This document shows, piece by piece, positions 8,997 through 18,494 of a stretch of 42,595 bases of DNA; the stretch's first letter is position 1; the number at the start of each line of letters is the position of its first letter. This DNA comes from Candidatus Micrarchaeia archaeon. Its GTDB lineage: Archaea > Micrarchaeota > Micrarchaeia > Burarchaeales > JACRGF01. The notes beneath the pieces are model-generated. The model had not been told where the DNA came from. It saw only the letters and a program-made list of their open reading frames with translations, and ran no database searches. The translations under genes and the position numbers were made by a program. The DNA lies in the NCBI GenBank assembly GCA_038870455.1, contig JAWCPB010000004.1, forward strand, positions 1 through 42,595, given 5' to 3'.

Positions 8997-10055
8997 TCAC
9001 AAAAACTTTTGCACGGCCTTTGCATACGCATCGCCCAGCTCGCTGGTGGTGTTTTTTCCGCCGAAATCATAAGTCTTCACCTTTCCTTCCTTGAGCACGC
9101 TCGCCACGGCTTTTTCAACCGCGTCGGCCGCTCGCTGCTCCCCCAGGTGCTCGAGCATCATCCAGCCCGCCAGCACGGCCGCGGTCGGGTTTATGACGTT
9201 TTTTCCCGCGTGCTTGGGCGCGCTGCCGTGAATGGGCTCGAACATGCTGACTCCCTTGGGGTTGATGTTGCCTCCGGGCGCGAACCCCATGCCGCCCTGT
9301 ATTGCGGCAGCCAGGTCAGTTATTATGTCGCCGAACATGTTGGGCGTGACAACCATCTGATACCACTCGGGCTTCCTGACAAACCACTGGGTGATGGCAT
9401 CCACGAAAGCGTTTTCCTTCTCAATGCCCGGATAGTCCCTGCCGACCTCATCGAAAACCCTCCTCCACAGCCCATACACGTGCGACAGCACGTTGGCCTT
9501 GTCCACCGCTGTGACTCGCGTCATCTTCTTTTTCTTTGCGAGCTCGAACGCATACCGGATGACGCGCTCGCTTCCCTTGTAGGTCACGATGCCCACTTGC
9601 GTTGCAACCTCGTCTTTCGTGCCCGTCTTGGTTGAGCCGCCTATTCCCACATAGAAGTCTTCGGTGTTCTCCCGCACGACATAGAAATTGACTTCCTTCG
9701 GCCCCTTGCCTGCGAGCGGGCAGGGCACTCCCTCGTACAGCTTGACCGGCCTGAGATTGACGTACTGGTCGAAGAAGAAACGCATGCGCAGCAGGATGCC
9801 CGTCTCGGCCACGCCCGGCTTTAGCTCCGGATGCCCCACGGCGCCAAGATAAATGGCGTCAAGCTTCTTCATCTCTTCAAGCGCCTGTTCTGTCACGAGC
9901 TCGCCTGTCTTGAGGTAGTGCGCTCCGCTGAACGGGTACTCCACCCACTCTATGGAAAAGCCTTTCTGCGCCGCCTCAACGACTTTCTTTCCCTCGCGGA
10001 TGACCTCGGGCCCCACGCCATCCCCGGGAACCACCGCAATCCTGTATTTTTTCAT
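8997..10055 (-). CDS. leuB: 3-isopropylmalate/isocitrate dehydrogenase family protein
   Basis: [30 protein letters not shown] and FEPIHGSAP motifs. Substrate uncertain. Confidence 0.85.
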   Translation of the reverse strand: MKKYRIAVVPGDGVGPEVIREGKKVVEAAQKGFSIEWVEYPFSGAHYLKTGELVTEQALEEMKKLDAIYLGAVGHPELKPGVAETGILLRMRFFFDQYVNLRPVKLYEGVPCPLAGKGPKEVNFYVVRENTEDFYVGIGGSTKTGTKDEVATQVGIVTYKGSERVIRYAFELAKKKKMTRVTAVDKANVLSHVYGLWRRVFDEVGRDYPGIEKENAFVDAITQWFVRKPEWYQMVVTPNMFGDIITDLAAAIQGGMGFAPGGNINPKGVSMFEPIHGSAPKHAGKNVINPTAAVLAGWMMLEHLGEQRAADAVEKAVASVLKEGKVKTYDFGGKNTTSELGDAYAKAVQKFL

Positions 10056-10094
10056 CAACCCACCGGAACCAAATCTCGCTAATCCTATTTAACC

Positions 10095-10565
10095 CTATTT
10101 TTTCTTCAACTTCTCCCTTGTCTCGACGACTTCCCATGGATAGACTATCCACGCGCTCGTCTTTCCAATGAAATAATCAGGCTTGAGCGTGCTGTGCGGC
10201 TTGTAGTGCAGGCAGGCAACGCGCACTTCCCCCGCGCCTCGCAGGCTTTTTTTCGCTGCGAGTAGACTCTCGCCCGTATCCGCCACGTCATCGATAATCA
10301 GCACGCGTTTGCCCCTCACGTCCGCGCCCAGCCTCTGCGTTATCCTCGGCTTCCGGGCGGTCTTGCCCGGCGCTTCGTAGAACTCGATTTTCATCGCGCG
10401 CAGGTTGAGGTTGTTCAGCTCGTCGCTCATCACGCGCGCGGGCAACGCCCCCCCTCTCAGAATCATGACGAGAATGTCCGGCCTGAAGCCAGAGCGCTTC
10501 ACCTTGGCCGCGAGCGCCTTGCTCATGCGAATGGCTTTTTGCCAGGAGATGTGGAGGAAGCGCAC
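10095..10565 (-). CDS. Type I (purine) phosphoribosyltransferase
   Basis: ILRGG, PRPP-binding VLIIDDVADTGES, WIVYPWE. Confidence 0.9.
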   Translation of the reverse strand: MRFLHISWQKAIRMSKALAAKVKRSGFRPDILVMILRGGALPARVMSDELNNLNLRAMKIEFYEAPGKTARKPRITQRLGADVRGKRVLIIDDVADTGESLLAAKKSLRGAGEVRVACLHYKPHSTLKPDYFIGKTSAWIVYPWEVVETREKLKKK

Positions 10566-10586
10566 GACCCGTTATCACACTGCTAA

Positions 10587-10593
10587 TTTAAAA
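10587..10593 (+). promoter_or_regulatory. TATA box of tRNA-Arg
   Basis: TTTAAAA beginning 27 nt upstream of the tRNA 5' end. Confidence 0.55.
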
Positions 10594-10613
10594 CTGAGTG
10601 CGTAAATTATCTG

Positions 10614-10860
10614 GGGCCCGTAGCTCAGCTTGGATAGAGCGATGCCCTCCTAAGACAAAGGGGGAAGTATCCCCCCTTCGTCCTAGACCTTCCCCCCTCT
10701 TTGGGATTAAGGCATTGATGAAAAAAGGGTTGCTGGAGGTATCGGAACCGCGCTGGCGGTTCTGATAGGGGTCAGGAGGAACCTGGAACTGGGGGAACCG
10801 AAGGTGCCCCCTGGGTTCGGAGAGAGGCAGAGGTCGCGCGTTCAAATCGCGCCGGGCCCG
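10614..10860 (+). tRNA. tRNA-Arg(CCT) with 172-nt intron at 37/38 (exons 10614-10652 and 10825-10860)
   Basis: Acceptor GGGCCCG/CGGGCCC+G, D-arm GCTC/GAGC, T-arm GCGCG-TTCAAAT-CGCGC. BHB: CTCC(32-35) pairs with GGAG(10819-10822), with 3-nt bulges TAA and AGA. One A27-G43 mismatch. Confidence 0.9.
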
Positions 10861-10863
10861 TTC

Positions 10864-11619
10864 ATGAACGAGCTGACTCCAGAGTTCAAGCTGGCCGTCT
10901 CACAGCTTGCGAATGCGCTTTCTCTCGCTGTAGAGGCCTCGCTGCGCTCGCCGCGCCCTGCGTGGGTGCTCTTCTCAGGAGGGCTGGACTCGAGCGTGCT
11001 TGCAAAGCTCGCGGGCGAGAAAAGGTCAGGCATTCACCTCCTGACGGTGGGAACTAAGGACAGCGAAGATGCGCGATTTGCATTTGAAATTGCAAAAGAG
11101 CTCGGCTTGCCTCTTGATTTTATTGAGCTGAACGTGCAGAAAATCGCCGAATTAAAGGAGCGGGCGAGGCCTTTTTCGCGGACCAACATGGATTTGGAGC
11201 TCGCCATTCTCCTGCTCGCGGCGTGCGAGTTCGCCAGAGGAGGGCTGCTGCTCGCGGGCTCCGGAGCCGAAGAGCTCTTCCTGGGCTACGCGCGCCACAG
11301 AAGCGCTTTTGAGAAGGGAGAAGATCTGGAGGCATTGAGAAGGAGCGAGCTCGCTTCCCTCAGGCAGCGCGACCTCGACAGAAACGAAGCAATCGCCAGG
11401 GCACACGATGCCGAGCTCGCCCTCCCATACCTTCATCCTCTTGTTGTCGAGGCTGCGCTGCGCCTGCCCGCGAGGCTGAACTTCTCGCAAGGCAAGCGCA
11501 AGTTCCTCCTCCAGCTTGCCGCGCGCATGGCCGGCGTTCCCGAGGCCGCCGTGTCAAGGCCCAAGCGCGCCCTCCAGTACGCCAGCGGCGTGCACAAACT
11601 TTTAAAAAGGAACGCGTAA
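10864..11619 (+). CDS. Asparagine synthase C-terminal (PP-loop) domain protein, no glutaminase domain
   Basis: FSGGLDSS, GSGAEELFLGY, LPYL and RPKRALQY motifs. ATG 3 nt after tRNA-Arg. Confidence 0.85.
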   Translation: MNELTPEFKLAVSQLANALSLAVEASLRSPRPAWVLFSGGLDSSVLAKLAGEKRSGIHLLTVGTKDSEDARFAFEIAKELGLPLDFIELNVQKIAELKERARPFSRTNMDLELAILLLAACEFARGGLLLAGSGAEELFLGYARHRSAFEKGEDLEALRRSELASLRQRDLDRNEAIARAHDAELALPYLHPLVVEAALRLPARLNFSQGKRKFLLQLAARMAGVPEAAVSRPKRALQYASGVHKLLKRNA

Positions 11620-11626
11620 GCATGGC

Positions 11627-14600
11627 GTGAGGAGCACGCTTCTCGCACTGCTTTTTCTTGCGTGTTTTGCCAGCGCCGCCATCGTTCCCGGAAAAAGCGG
11701 AACCACCTATAAGGACAACCCCGATTTTCCTCCAACCCTGCTCGAGCTCGCGGAGATTTTCTGGGACCACGACAACAGCGGCTATGCCGATGGCGACTAC
11801 TATCCCATCTATGTCTCGGACAAGACGGCGTTCGACAAGAGAAATCCTTTCCTGCTCTCCTACCTGCAGAACTGGTATGGCTCTGCGCACAGCGATGCCT
11901 TCAAGCGAAACGCCCTCGATGCAGGGGGCTGGGCAGGCGGGCCTCCGCGCGCAGAGTACAGGTACGTGCCGAACGCGGCCGCCGCGTTTTCCGAGAGCAG
12001 GGTGCAGGCGCACACCCCCTCCTATTATTCGGGCACCTACAAGCCCACCCCCACCGAGCTCATCCGCGCCTACACGAAAAACCCTCACTGGATAAAGGGC
12101 ATGCCGTACATTTTCGGGGGCTCGTCAATCGAGGACATCTATGGCTTTGTCGAGGATGCGGGCTGGAGCGGGACCCCTATAGAGGTCATCGGAGATGCCA
12201 AAGACGTTGCCACCTTCGCGATCGGCTATGTGCTGTACTTCGCGTTCGACATCCCTGGCTTCTATAAGGGCCTGTACGAGAAGATGCTTGAGGGGGAAAA
12301 GAAGAAGAAGCACATGCTGCTGCGGGCGGGCGTGTACGGGCCTGCCGGCCTTGTCATGGTCAATGAAGAGCGCACGGCAGCCTTCCGGCGTGTTGAAGAC
12401 ATTTCGGCCTCCCACGCGCGCGGCTCGGGCGCGTGGATACGCGCCTCCCAAGGAGCCGTTGAGGTGCTGGACGGCATAGCCGGCAAGACGGTTGTCGAGA
12501 GCACCGGCGGTTGGAAGGCCGAACACGATGACACGGTGCTCGCCCCAGCATCCGGCTCTTTCGACTCGGCAGTGATCTACTGGGACTTCATCCTCGAGGT
12601 CGATGAGCGCGGGGGAGACGGGGATTTTGCGGGCCACCTTCAGCTCGTGGCCACCGACAGCGCGGGCGGGGAGCATGTGCATGACCTGGCCGGCGCCAAC
12701 AAGGACCAGGCGCGGTGGAGCCCTGCGGCAGGCGATCGCCGCTACTTCGTGTGGTCCGGCGTCACCACAGTGAAGGCGGGCGATTACGGCACGGCCAAGC
12801 TAAAGGCGCTCAAGCTGAGCTCGACAGCGGCCACGAGCGCCTCAAAGGGCAACACGCGCGCGGTCGCCTATCTCGAGTTCTACCCGTTGTTGTACGAAAG
12901 GCTTTCGATGGACCTGAGGCCGACGAGCGCGCTCAACAAAACGCCCCCTGTCGAAGGCGAGAACATCACTGTGGATGCATGGATCGAAAACGTCGGTGAT
13001 GTGAATGCGCTGGACGTGCTGGCCGTGCTCAAGGACGGCGCGACCGAGCTCGGCTGGGCACGGCTCAACATCTCGGCCAACACAGCGGCAAAAGCCTCTT
13101 TTGGCTGGCAGCCCAGCGCAGGTAATCACACGCTGTCGCTCGAGGTGGTCAGCGAGGGAGGGGAGTGGGGCGTGCCCGATGCCAACCGCTCGAACAACAT
13201 CCTCAGGAAAGATGTTCGCGTGTATGCAGCCGGCGAGTTGCTGCCCGACCTCGCCGTGACCGACATCGGCCTGCCCCCTGTTGTGGGGGGCGTGCCGGCC
13301 ACGCTCACGGTAACCATTCAAAACAAGGGCGTAGCGACCACGGCCGGCCATCCATCGGCCAAGGCCTACTTTTATGTGGATGGCAAGAAAGTGCTGATAG
13401 GAGAAGTCCTGCCCCTCGCGCCCGGCGCCAACACCACCCTGCCATTCAGCCACACCTTTGAGTTCAGAGAATGCGACATGTACAAGCGAACTAACTATAA
13501 CATCTCAGTGCAGCTCGAGCCGGGCGCGCCCGATGCCGATGCCTCAAACAACGAGCTGTCCAAAATCGCCGCGGTGAGCGCGCCCGATGCGGCCAACCTC
13601 GTAGTTCTCAATCTGTTTCCGTCGAAGGGCAGGGCCGGCGTGCTCGACATGAAGGTCGGCCAGACAACGGAGATAGAGGTGCAGGTGGGCAACAACGGGC
13701 TGAAGAACTCCAGCCTGACCGACCTCAGGCTCTTCCGTGTTGTGGGCGGCGAAAGGTGGGAGATGACCTCGTGGCTGCTGCCGAAAATCAGCCCGGCAGG
13801 CCCGCCGGTTAGTTTCTACTACAATTGGTCCCCGCCCGCCAGGGGCGATTACGAGATAGAGGCCCACGCTGACTATGGGAAGAGGATCACCGAGCTGTGC
13901 GAGACGGACAACGTGCGCAAAGCGCACATCTCGGTCGAGCTTGCCTATCACAATGTGAGCCTCGGCTGCTGGCAGGCCGGCTCGCTCAAGGACGCCTGCT
14001 TTGCCAGCGCGGCCGAGGAGGGGGGCGCCTACAAGCAGATAACCTTCTATCCGGACATCGGCAACACCGGCACGCTGCCGGGCACATACAGGGTGACAGC
14101 GCAGCTTCCGGCTGGCTGGAGCGGGGCCTTTTCGAAAGAGTGGTTTGACATGACCCCCAAATCGGCCGAGGCCTTCCGCTATTTCGTCACGCCGCCAGCC
14201 AACGCGCTCGGCGGCAACAACACCATCACCCTCACGGCCGCGCTCGCCGGCAATGCGAGCGTGACCGACAACACCGTGCTCACGGTGTTCATCCCCGAGC
14301 ATTTCGCCGCAAACCTCTCGGCCACTTCGACGAGGCGCGAGGTGCGCGTGAATGAAACCGCAGTGTTTGATGTCACGCTGACCAACACGGGCAACACGCG
14401 CGACACCGAGTTTTTTGTGTGGTTTGGCGGCGACCTGACGGCGAACGCTTCCATCTCAAGCGTCCGGCTCAGCGCGGGCGAGAGCCGGAGCTTCACCGTG
14501 GCGGCCACGCCGCCCGAACTGACCGCAGGAAACTATTCCCTGACCGTCTTCGCGGGCACCACAGAGGCCACGCTCGCCAACCTCTCTCTCACCATCACGG

Positions 14601-17317
14601 TCAAGCCGTTCTACGAGATTTCGGTGGATGTCCCGCGCGCCTATGCGTTCGTCAACCTCACCTCTTATTTCGGCCGGCACGCGACCGCGTTCAATTTCAC
14701 GGTCAGGGTAAAATCAAACGCCGATGGCCGTGTGACAAACGAGCTCGCAGGCGTGCCCGGCGAGTGGCTGGCCGCTGCCTGGCCCGACAACCACACCTTT
14801 GAGGCCTACACAAAGGCGCGCTGGAGAGGCCCATTCGAGAAAGCCGGCCAGCTCTATGTCGGCGTGTTTCCGGACTTCAGCCCGCCCTTCTATCAGCCGC
14901 TCGCCGGCAACCGCACGTTCACGCTGACCACGCGCTTGTTCGACGACAGGGGCGCGCTGGTCAAATCGATCCCCAACAATTTCGTGGTTGAGGTGGAACA
15001 AGTGCATGCCGTGCGCGCCGGCTTCTATGCCGTGTTCTCGGGCCTGCGCAACCACACCATTCCCGTGTACGTCGCCGTGACCAACCTCGGCAATGGCCGT
15101 GATGATTTCAACCTCACTGTCTGGACCGAGCACGGCTGGACAGTGCGCGTGCCCAACCCGCGCATTCGCCTGGCGCCCTACCAGCTGCCCGGCTCGACTG
15201 GCATGGTGTTCGCCGAAGTCAGTGTGCCTGCTGACGCCGTGCCGGGCACGAACGAAACGCTGCACGCGCGGGCCGAGCGCGTTGGCCGTCCAGCAACAAA
15301 TCACACCGCAGAAGGCATACTGCGCGTTCGCCCCCTGCTCGAGATGGAGGGCGAGTGGAGGCGGGCCTATGTTTCGCACGCCGTGCTGCCAAACGCCACG
15401 ACATCCTATGAGATGAGGCTGTTCTACAACGGCGATGTGCCGGCTGAAGCCAACCTGTCGGCCGCCCTGCTGAGAGCCTCGCCCGCAGGCTGGAACCACT
15501 CGCTGTCGGCAGCCGCGCTCAATCTCACTCCGCTCTCCCACCAAGCCTTCCGCCTCTCCGTGCGCGCGCCCGACGCCGAGGAGGGAAATCACTCGCTGAA
15601 CATCACGGCGAGAGTGGGCGGGGAGAGTGCTGGCATCAGCGTATTCACCATAATAAGAAGATTCAATCTCACCCTCCAGCCGGGCTGGAACGCCCTGCCT
15701 GTGCCCATAGAAGCGGAGGCCGCGCCCGCCGCGCCAGCCCCTCCAGCGCCCGAGGCCTGGTGCACCGACTCCGACAACGGGAGGGACAGGCTCGTCAAAG
15801 GGCGGGTGAAAATTCCGGGCGGGGCATTCACCGACTACTGCATTTCATCGGATGCCGTGCACGAGTTCTACTGCGCGGACAACAACTACGCTTTTGAAGA
15901 CATCCCGTGCCTGCCGGACGAGACATGCCAGGATGGCAGGTGCGTGAAAAAAGCAGAGGAAGAGGCAGAGTGCCCGCCCAGCCGGCCTTACTGCCTGACT
16001 TCCCAGCAGGCAGCCGACAGGGGGTGCGTGCCGCCGCCCGGCCCCGAGTGCTCGCCGCTCGGCGAGTGGCCGCGGATGTGCTGGTGGTGCCCGACGCAAC
16101 TCCAGGCCGCAAGCTACAGCGAACCCGTTCTGCTGCTGGCGCCAGCCTCATCATCGCTTAAGAGCTTCACCGCCTCGCAGCTGGCCGCTCTCCTGCAGGC
16201 CCAGCTGCCCCGCGGCCGCGTGGTTGAAATCACAAGCTATGCGAACGGCTCCTTCCAGCACTTCATTGTCGGCATCACCCCACCCAACGCGTCCGAAGAC
16301 TTTTCTCTCGAGCCGGGCTCGGCCTACTGGGCGCGCATCGAAGGCGAGGGCGCGGCCATCACACTTCCAGCGCAGGCAACCGCCGAGCTGTCCCTCCAGC
16401 CCGGCTGGAATTTCGTGAGCGTGCCCGCGGCCGCGCGCGCCTCCCAAGCCTTCCCGGCCGCCACGCAAGTCTCGCTGTGGAGGCCCGCCGAACAGGCCTT
16501 CGCGGACTTCATTCCGGGCTTTCATCCCCCGCTCGGCGAGGGAGACCTGTGGCTCGTGCCGGGCGATGCAGTATGGATATTCTCTGGCGAGCGCGCTCGC
16601 CCGCAGGCAGAGGCCGCCGTGCCGCTGCCGCACGCAATCTACGGTGTGGTGAGCGAGGATGGAACTCCAGCCGAGGGAGCAGGAGTGACCCTCATCATCG
16701 AAAGCACTGGCGAGGCGCTGCACGCGCTCACGGATGCCCAAGGCAGGTTCTCAATCAACCTTGCCAACGCCCGCAGCGGGTACTATGACGGCGGAGGGGT
16801 GAGGATTTTGGCTTCAAAGGGGGAGCTCTTCGGCCAATCCTCGCTCATCGTTGACGCTTCGCGGCCAAACCAGCGGGCCGACCTCGCCCTCGCCGCAAAG
16901 CCGAACCTGCGCATCACGCTCGCGCCATCCAAGCCGGCTCCTGTTGAAGGCGAGCCCATCGCGCTCGCGGCCACGCTGTCCAACGAGGGAGGCGAGCCCG
17001 CAAACGCCAGCGCCGGCCTGTTCATTGACGGGCAACTCGCAGAAACAAAAAATGTTCTCCTTTCCTCGCACTCTGCCCAGCAGCTTCTGTTCGCCTGGAA
17101 CGCCTCTGCCGGAGCGCACGTCATTGTCGTGAAGGCAGAGCCCCTGCCCCTTGAGGCCTTTCTGGAAGACAACAGCGCCAACGCAACTGTCTCGGTCATG
17201 TCGAGGCCGGCGGTTGAGCTCGCCCCGCCGCCCGCCAGGCTCTGCCCGCTGTTCCTGCTGCCGGCCGCGCTCGCCCTGCTGCTCTTTGGCAGGCCGCGCT
17301 GCATGAAAACTTTTTGA
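11627..17317 (+). CDS. Large cell-surface protein with CARDB/Ig-like domains, a Cys-rich module and a C-terminal membrane anchor
   Basis: Signal peptide; repeated PDL/NL...IxNxG...D..NN CARDB motifs; many NxT/S sequons; two LQPGWN motifs; CTDSDNG module; C-terminal CPLFLLPAALALLLFGRPR. Confidence 0.9.
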   Translation: MRSTLLALLFLACFASAAIVPGKSGTTYKDNPDFPPTLLELAEIFWDHDNSGYADGDYYPIYVSDKTAFDKRNPFLLSYLQNWYGSAHSDAFKRNALDAGGWAGGPPRAEYRYVPNAAAAFSESRVQAHTPSYYSGTYKPTPTELIRAYTKNPHWIKGMPYIFGGSSIEDIYGFVEDAGWSGTPIEVIGDAKDVATFAIGYVLYFAFDIPGFYKGLYEKMLEGEKKKKHMLLRAGVYGPAGLVMVNEERTAAFRRVEDISASHARGSGAWIRASQGAVEVLDGIAGKTVVESTGGWKAEHDDTVLAPASGSFDSAVIYWDFILEVDERGGDGDFAGHLQLVATDSAGGEHVHDLAGANKDQARWSPAAGDRRYFVWSGVTTVKAGDYGTAKLKALKLSSTAATSASKGNTRAVAYLEFYPLLYERLSMDLRPTSALNKTPPVEGENITVDAWIENVGDVNALDVLAVLKDGATELGWARLNISANTAAKASFGWQPSAGNHTLSLEVVSEGGEWGVPDANRSNNILRKDVRVYAAGELLPDLAVTDIGLPPVVGGVPATLTVTIQNKGVATTAGHPSAKAYFYVDGKKVLIGEVLPLAPGANTTLPFSHTFEFRECDMYKRTNYNISVQLEPGAPDADASNNELSKIAAVSAPDAANLVVLNLFPSKGRAGVLDMKVGQTTEIEVQVGNNGLKNSSLTDLRLFRVVGGERWEMTSWLLPKISPAGPPVSFYYNWSPPARGDYEIEAHADYGKRITELCETDNVRKAHISVELAYHNVSLGCWQAGSLKDACFASAAEEGGAYKQITFYPDIGNTGTLPGTYRVTAQLPAGWSGAFSKEWFDMTPKSAEAFRYFVTPPANALGGNNTITLTAALAGNASVTDNTVLTVFIPEHFAANLSATSTRREVRVNETAVFDVTLTNTGNTRDTEFFVWFGGDLTANASISSVRLSAGESRSFTVAATPPELTAGNYSLTVFAGTTEATLANLSLTITVKPFYEISVDVPRAYAFVNLTSYFGRHATAFNFTVRVKSNADGRVTNELAGVPGEWLAAAWPDNHTFEAYTKARWRGPFEKAGQLYVGVFPDFSPPFYQPLAGNRTFTLTTRLFDDRGALVKSIPNNFVVEVEQVHAVRAGFYAVFSGLRNHTIPVYVAVTNLGNGRDDFNLTVWTEHGWTVRVPNPRIRLAPYQLPGSTGMVFAEVSVPADAVPGTNETLHARAERVGRPATNHTAEGILRVRPLLEMEGEWRRAYVSHAVLPNATTSYEMRLFYNGDVPAEANLSAALLRASPAGWNHSLSAAALNLTPLSHQAFRLSVRAPDAEEGNHSLNITARVGGESAGISVFTIIRRFNLTLQPGWNALPVPIEAEAAPAAPAPPAPEAWCTDSDNGRDRLVKGRVKIPGGAFTDYCISSDAVHEFYCADNNYAFEDIPCLPDETCQDGRCVKKAEEEAECPPSRPYCLTSQQAADRGCVPPPGPECSPLGEWPRMCWWCPTQLQAASYSEPVLLLAPASSSLKSFTASQLAALLQAQLPRGRVVEITSYANGSFQHFIVGITPPNASEDFSLEPGSAYWARIEGEGAAITLPAQATAELSLQPGWNFVSVPAAARASQAFPAATQVSLWRPAEQAFADFIPGFHPPLGEGDLWLVPGDAVWIFSGERARPQAEAAVPLPHAIYGVVSEDGTPAEGAGVTLIIESTGEALHALTDAQGRFSINLANARSGYYDGGGVRILASKGELFGQSSLIVDASRPNQRADLALAAKPNLRITLAPSKPAPVEGEPIALAATLSNEGGEPANASAGLFIDGQLAETKNVLLSSHSAQQLLFAWNASAGAHVIVVKAEPLPLEAFLEDNSANATVSVMSRPAVELAPPPARLCPLFLLPAALALLLFGRPRCMKTF

Positions 17318-17401
17318 ACGCAAGTCTCCGGCGTGAAAAGCTCTACTGCTCCTGCGAAACGTTTAAGTATCGGTGGCCGCCTAAAGGAAGGCGGGAGGCT
17401 C

Positions 17402-18454
17402 ATGAAAAAAGCAATCGCTCTTCTCTCGCTATTCCTCCTTTTCTTCGGCTGTGCAGGCGGGGAGACAAAGCCGCAGCCCCAGGGAACTTTTTACCTCCTT
17501 GTCACCGACAAAAAGTTCGACTTCCAGGGAGTCTCCAGCGTCCGCATTACGGTGAGCGAGGCAAAAATATTCTCTCCCCAACAGGGGTGGCTGACGGTCT
17601 CTTCCCTCAAGCAAACCATTGACCTCATGCAGCTTGCAAACTCGAACGCACTGCTGGCCCAGGCGGTCGTTCCCCCGGGAAATTATTCTCACGCAAGGCT
17701 GTTGATTGAACGCGCCGTGGTCACAGCGAACGGCGTTGAAAAGGAAGCGGTCCTGCCCAGCCACGAGCTGAAAATAGCCCTCCTCATTCAGGTCGAGCAA
17801 AACCTTTCCTCCACGCTCCTGCTTGACTTCGACCTCAATCGCTCGCTTCATTCCGCAGGGGACAAAATCGTTTTTGCTCCGGTAGTCAAGGCAGACTCCA
17901 GGGCAGGCGCGGTTGTCTCTACGCAAACCGGTGCGGTTCAAGGAGGCCGGTTTGTTTCCAGCGACATTTTCGGAATGAACGAGAGGGGGGAAGTGAATCC
18001 AGGCCAAGGAATTCCCGAAGACGCCGAGCTCGAGGTCGACGAAACCGGCAGAGTGAAAACGACCGGAATCCCTACCGCTCCCCCAGCCCAGCCTACAGCA
18101 TCCCCTTCAGACAACTACACCCATCCTGCAGGCACGCTTTCCTCCTGCGTCGAGCGCTGTCGCTTGTCCTGCTTTCCGGAATCCGCTTTCTCCTGCGAGT
18201 CGGACTGCAGGGCGCGCCTGGACGCCTCCTGCGACACCGCGTGCACCGGAAACGTTACGGTCTTCTGCGACACGCGATGCGAGTCCGACGTTTCATACAC
18301 GCAAGTCGCCTGTCTGACTTCCTGCCGCCTCAACGAGCTGCCAAAATGCAAGGCCAACTGCCTCGGCGACGCTGATGCAAACTGCAGGCTGAAATGCCAG
18401 ACTGCAGCCAATGCCTATGCCGCCTGCATGACGAACTGCACCACGGCCTGCTAG
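17402..18454 (+). CDS. DUF4382-like lipoprotein with Cys-rich C-terminal domain
   Basis: MKK..LFFGC lipobox-like signal; LVTD, IDLMQL, PGNY, LPS and LLDFD motifs; 18 Cys in the last ~100 aa. Confidence 0.8.
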   Translation: MKKAIALLSLFLLFFGCAGGETKPQPQGTFYLLVTDKKFDFQGVSSVRITVSEAKIFSPQQGWLTVSSLKQTIDLMQLANSNALLAQAVVPPGNYSHARLLIERAVVTANGVEKEAVLPSHELKIALLIQVEQNLSSTLLLDFDLNRSLHSAGDKIVFAPVVKADSRAGAVVSTQTGAVQGGRFVSSDIFGMNERGEVNPGQGIPEDAELEVDETGRVKTTGIPTAPPAQPTASPSDNYTHPAGTLSSCVERCRLSCFPESAFSCESDCRARLDASCDTACTGNVTVFCDTRCESDVSYTQVACLTSCRLNELPKCKANCLGDADANCRLKCQTAANAYAACMTNCTTAC

Positions 18455-18494
18455 CCTGAAAACTTATTAACTTTTTTAACACAAGCTTTCTCTC

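Noticed and set aside
10710-10715. AGGCAT as an alternative middle exon of tRNA-Arg (perfect complement of ATGCC 27-31)
   Set aside because: The upstream BHB is only partial and I found no BHB for the required second intron. The single-intron parse has a strict BHB, and this hexamer lies inside the module shared with Ser intron 2. Not fully excluded.
10716-10765. C/D box sRNA or hammerhead ribozyme within the tRNA-Arg intron
   Set aside because: The CTGA lies inside a 12-bp stem, no clear C'/D' boxes are present, and the hammerhead core (CUGANGA-stem-GAAA) is not satisfied.
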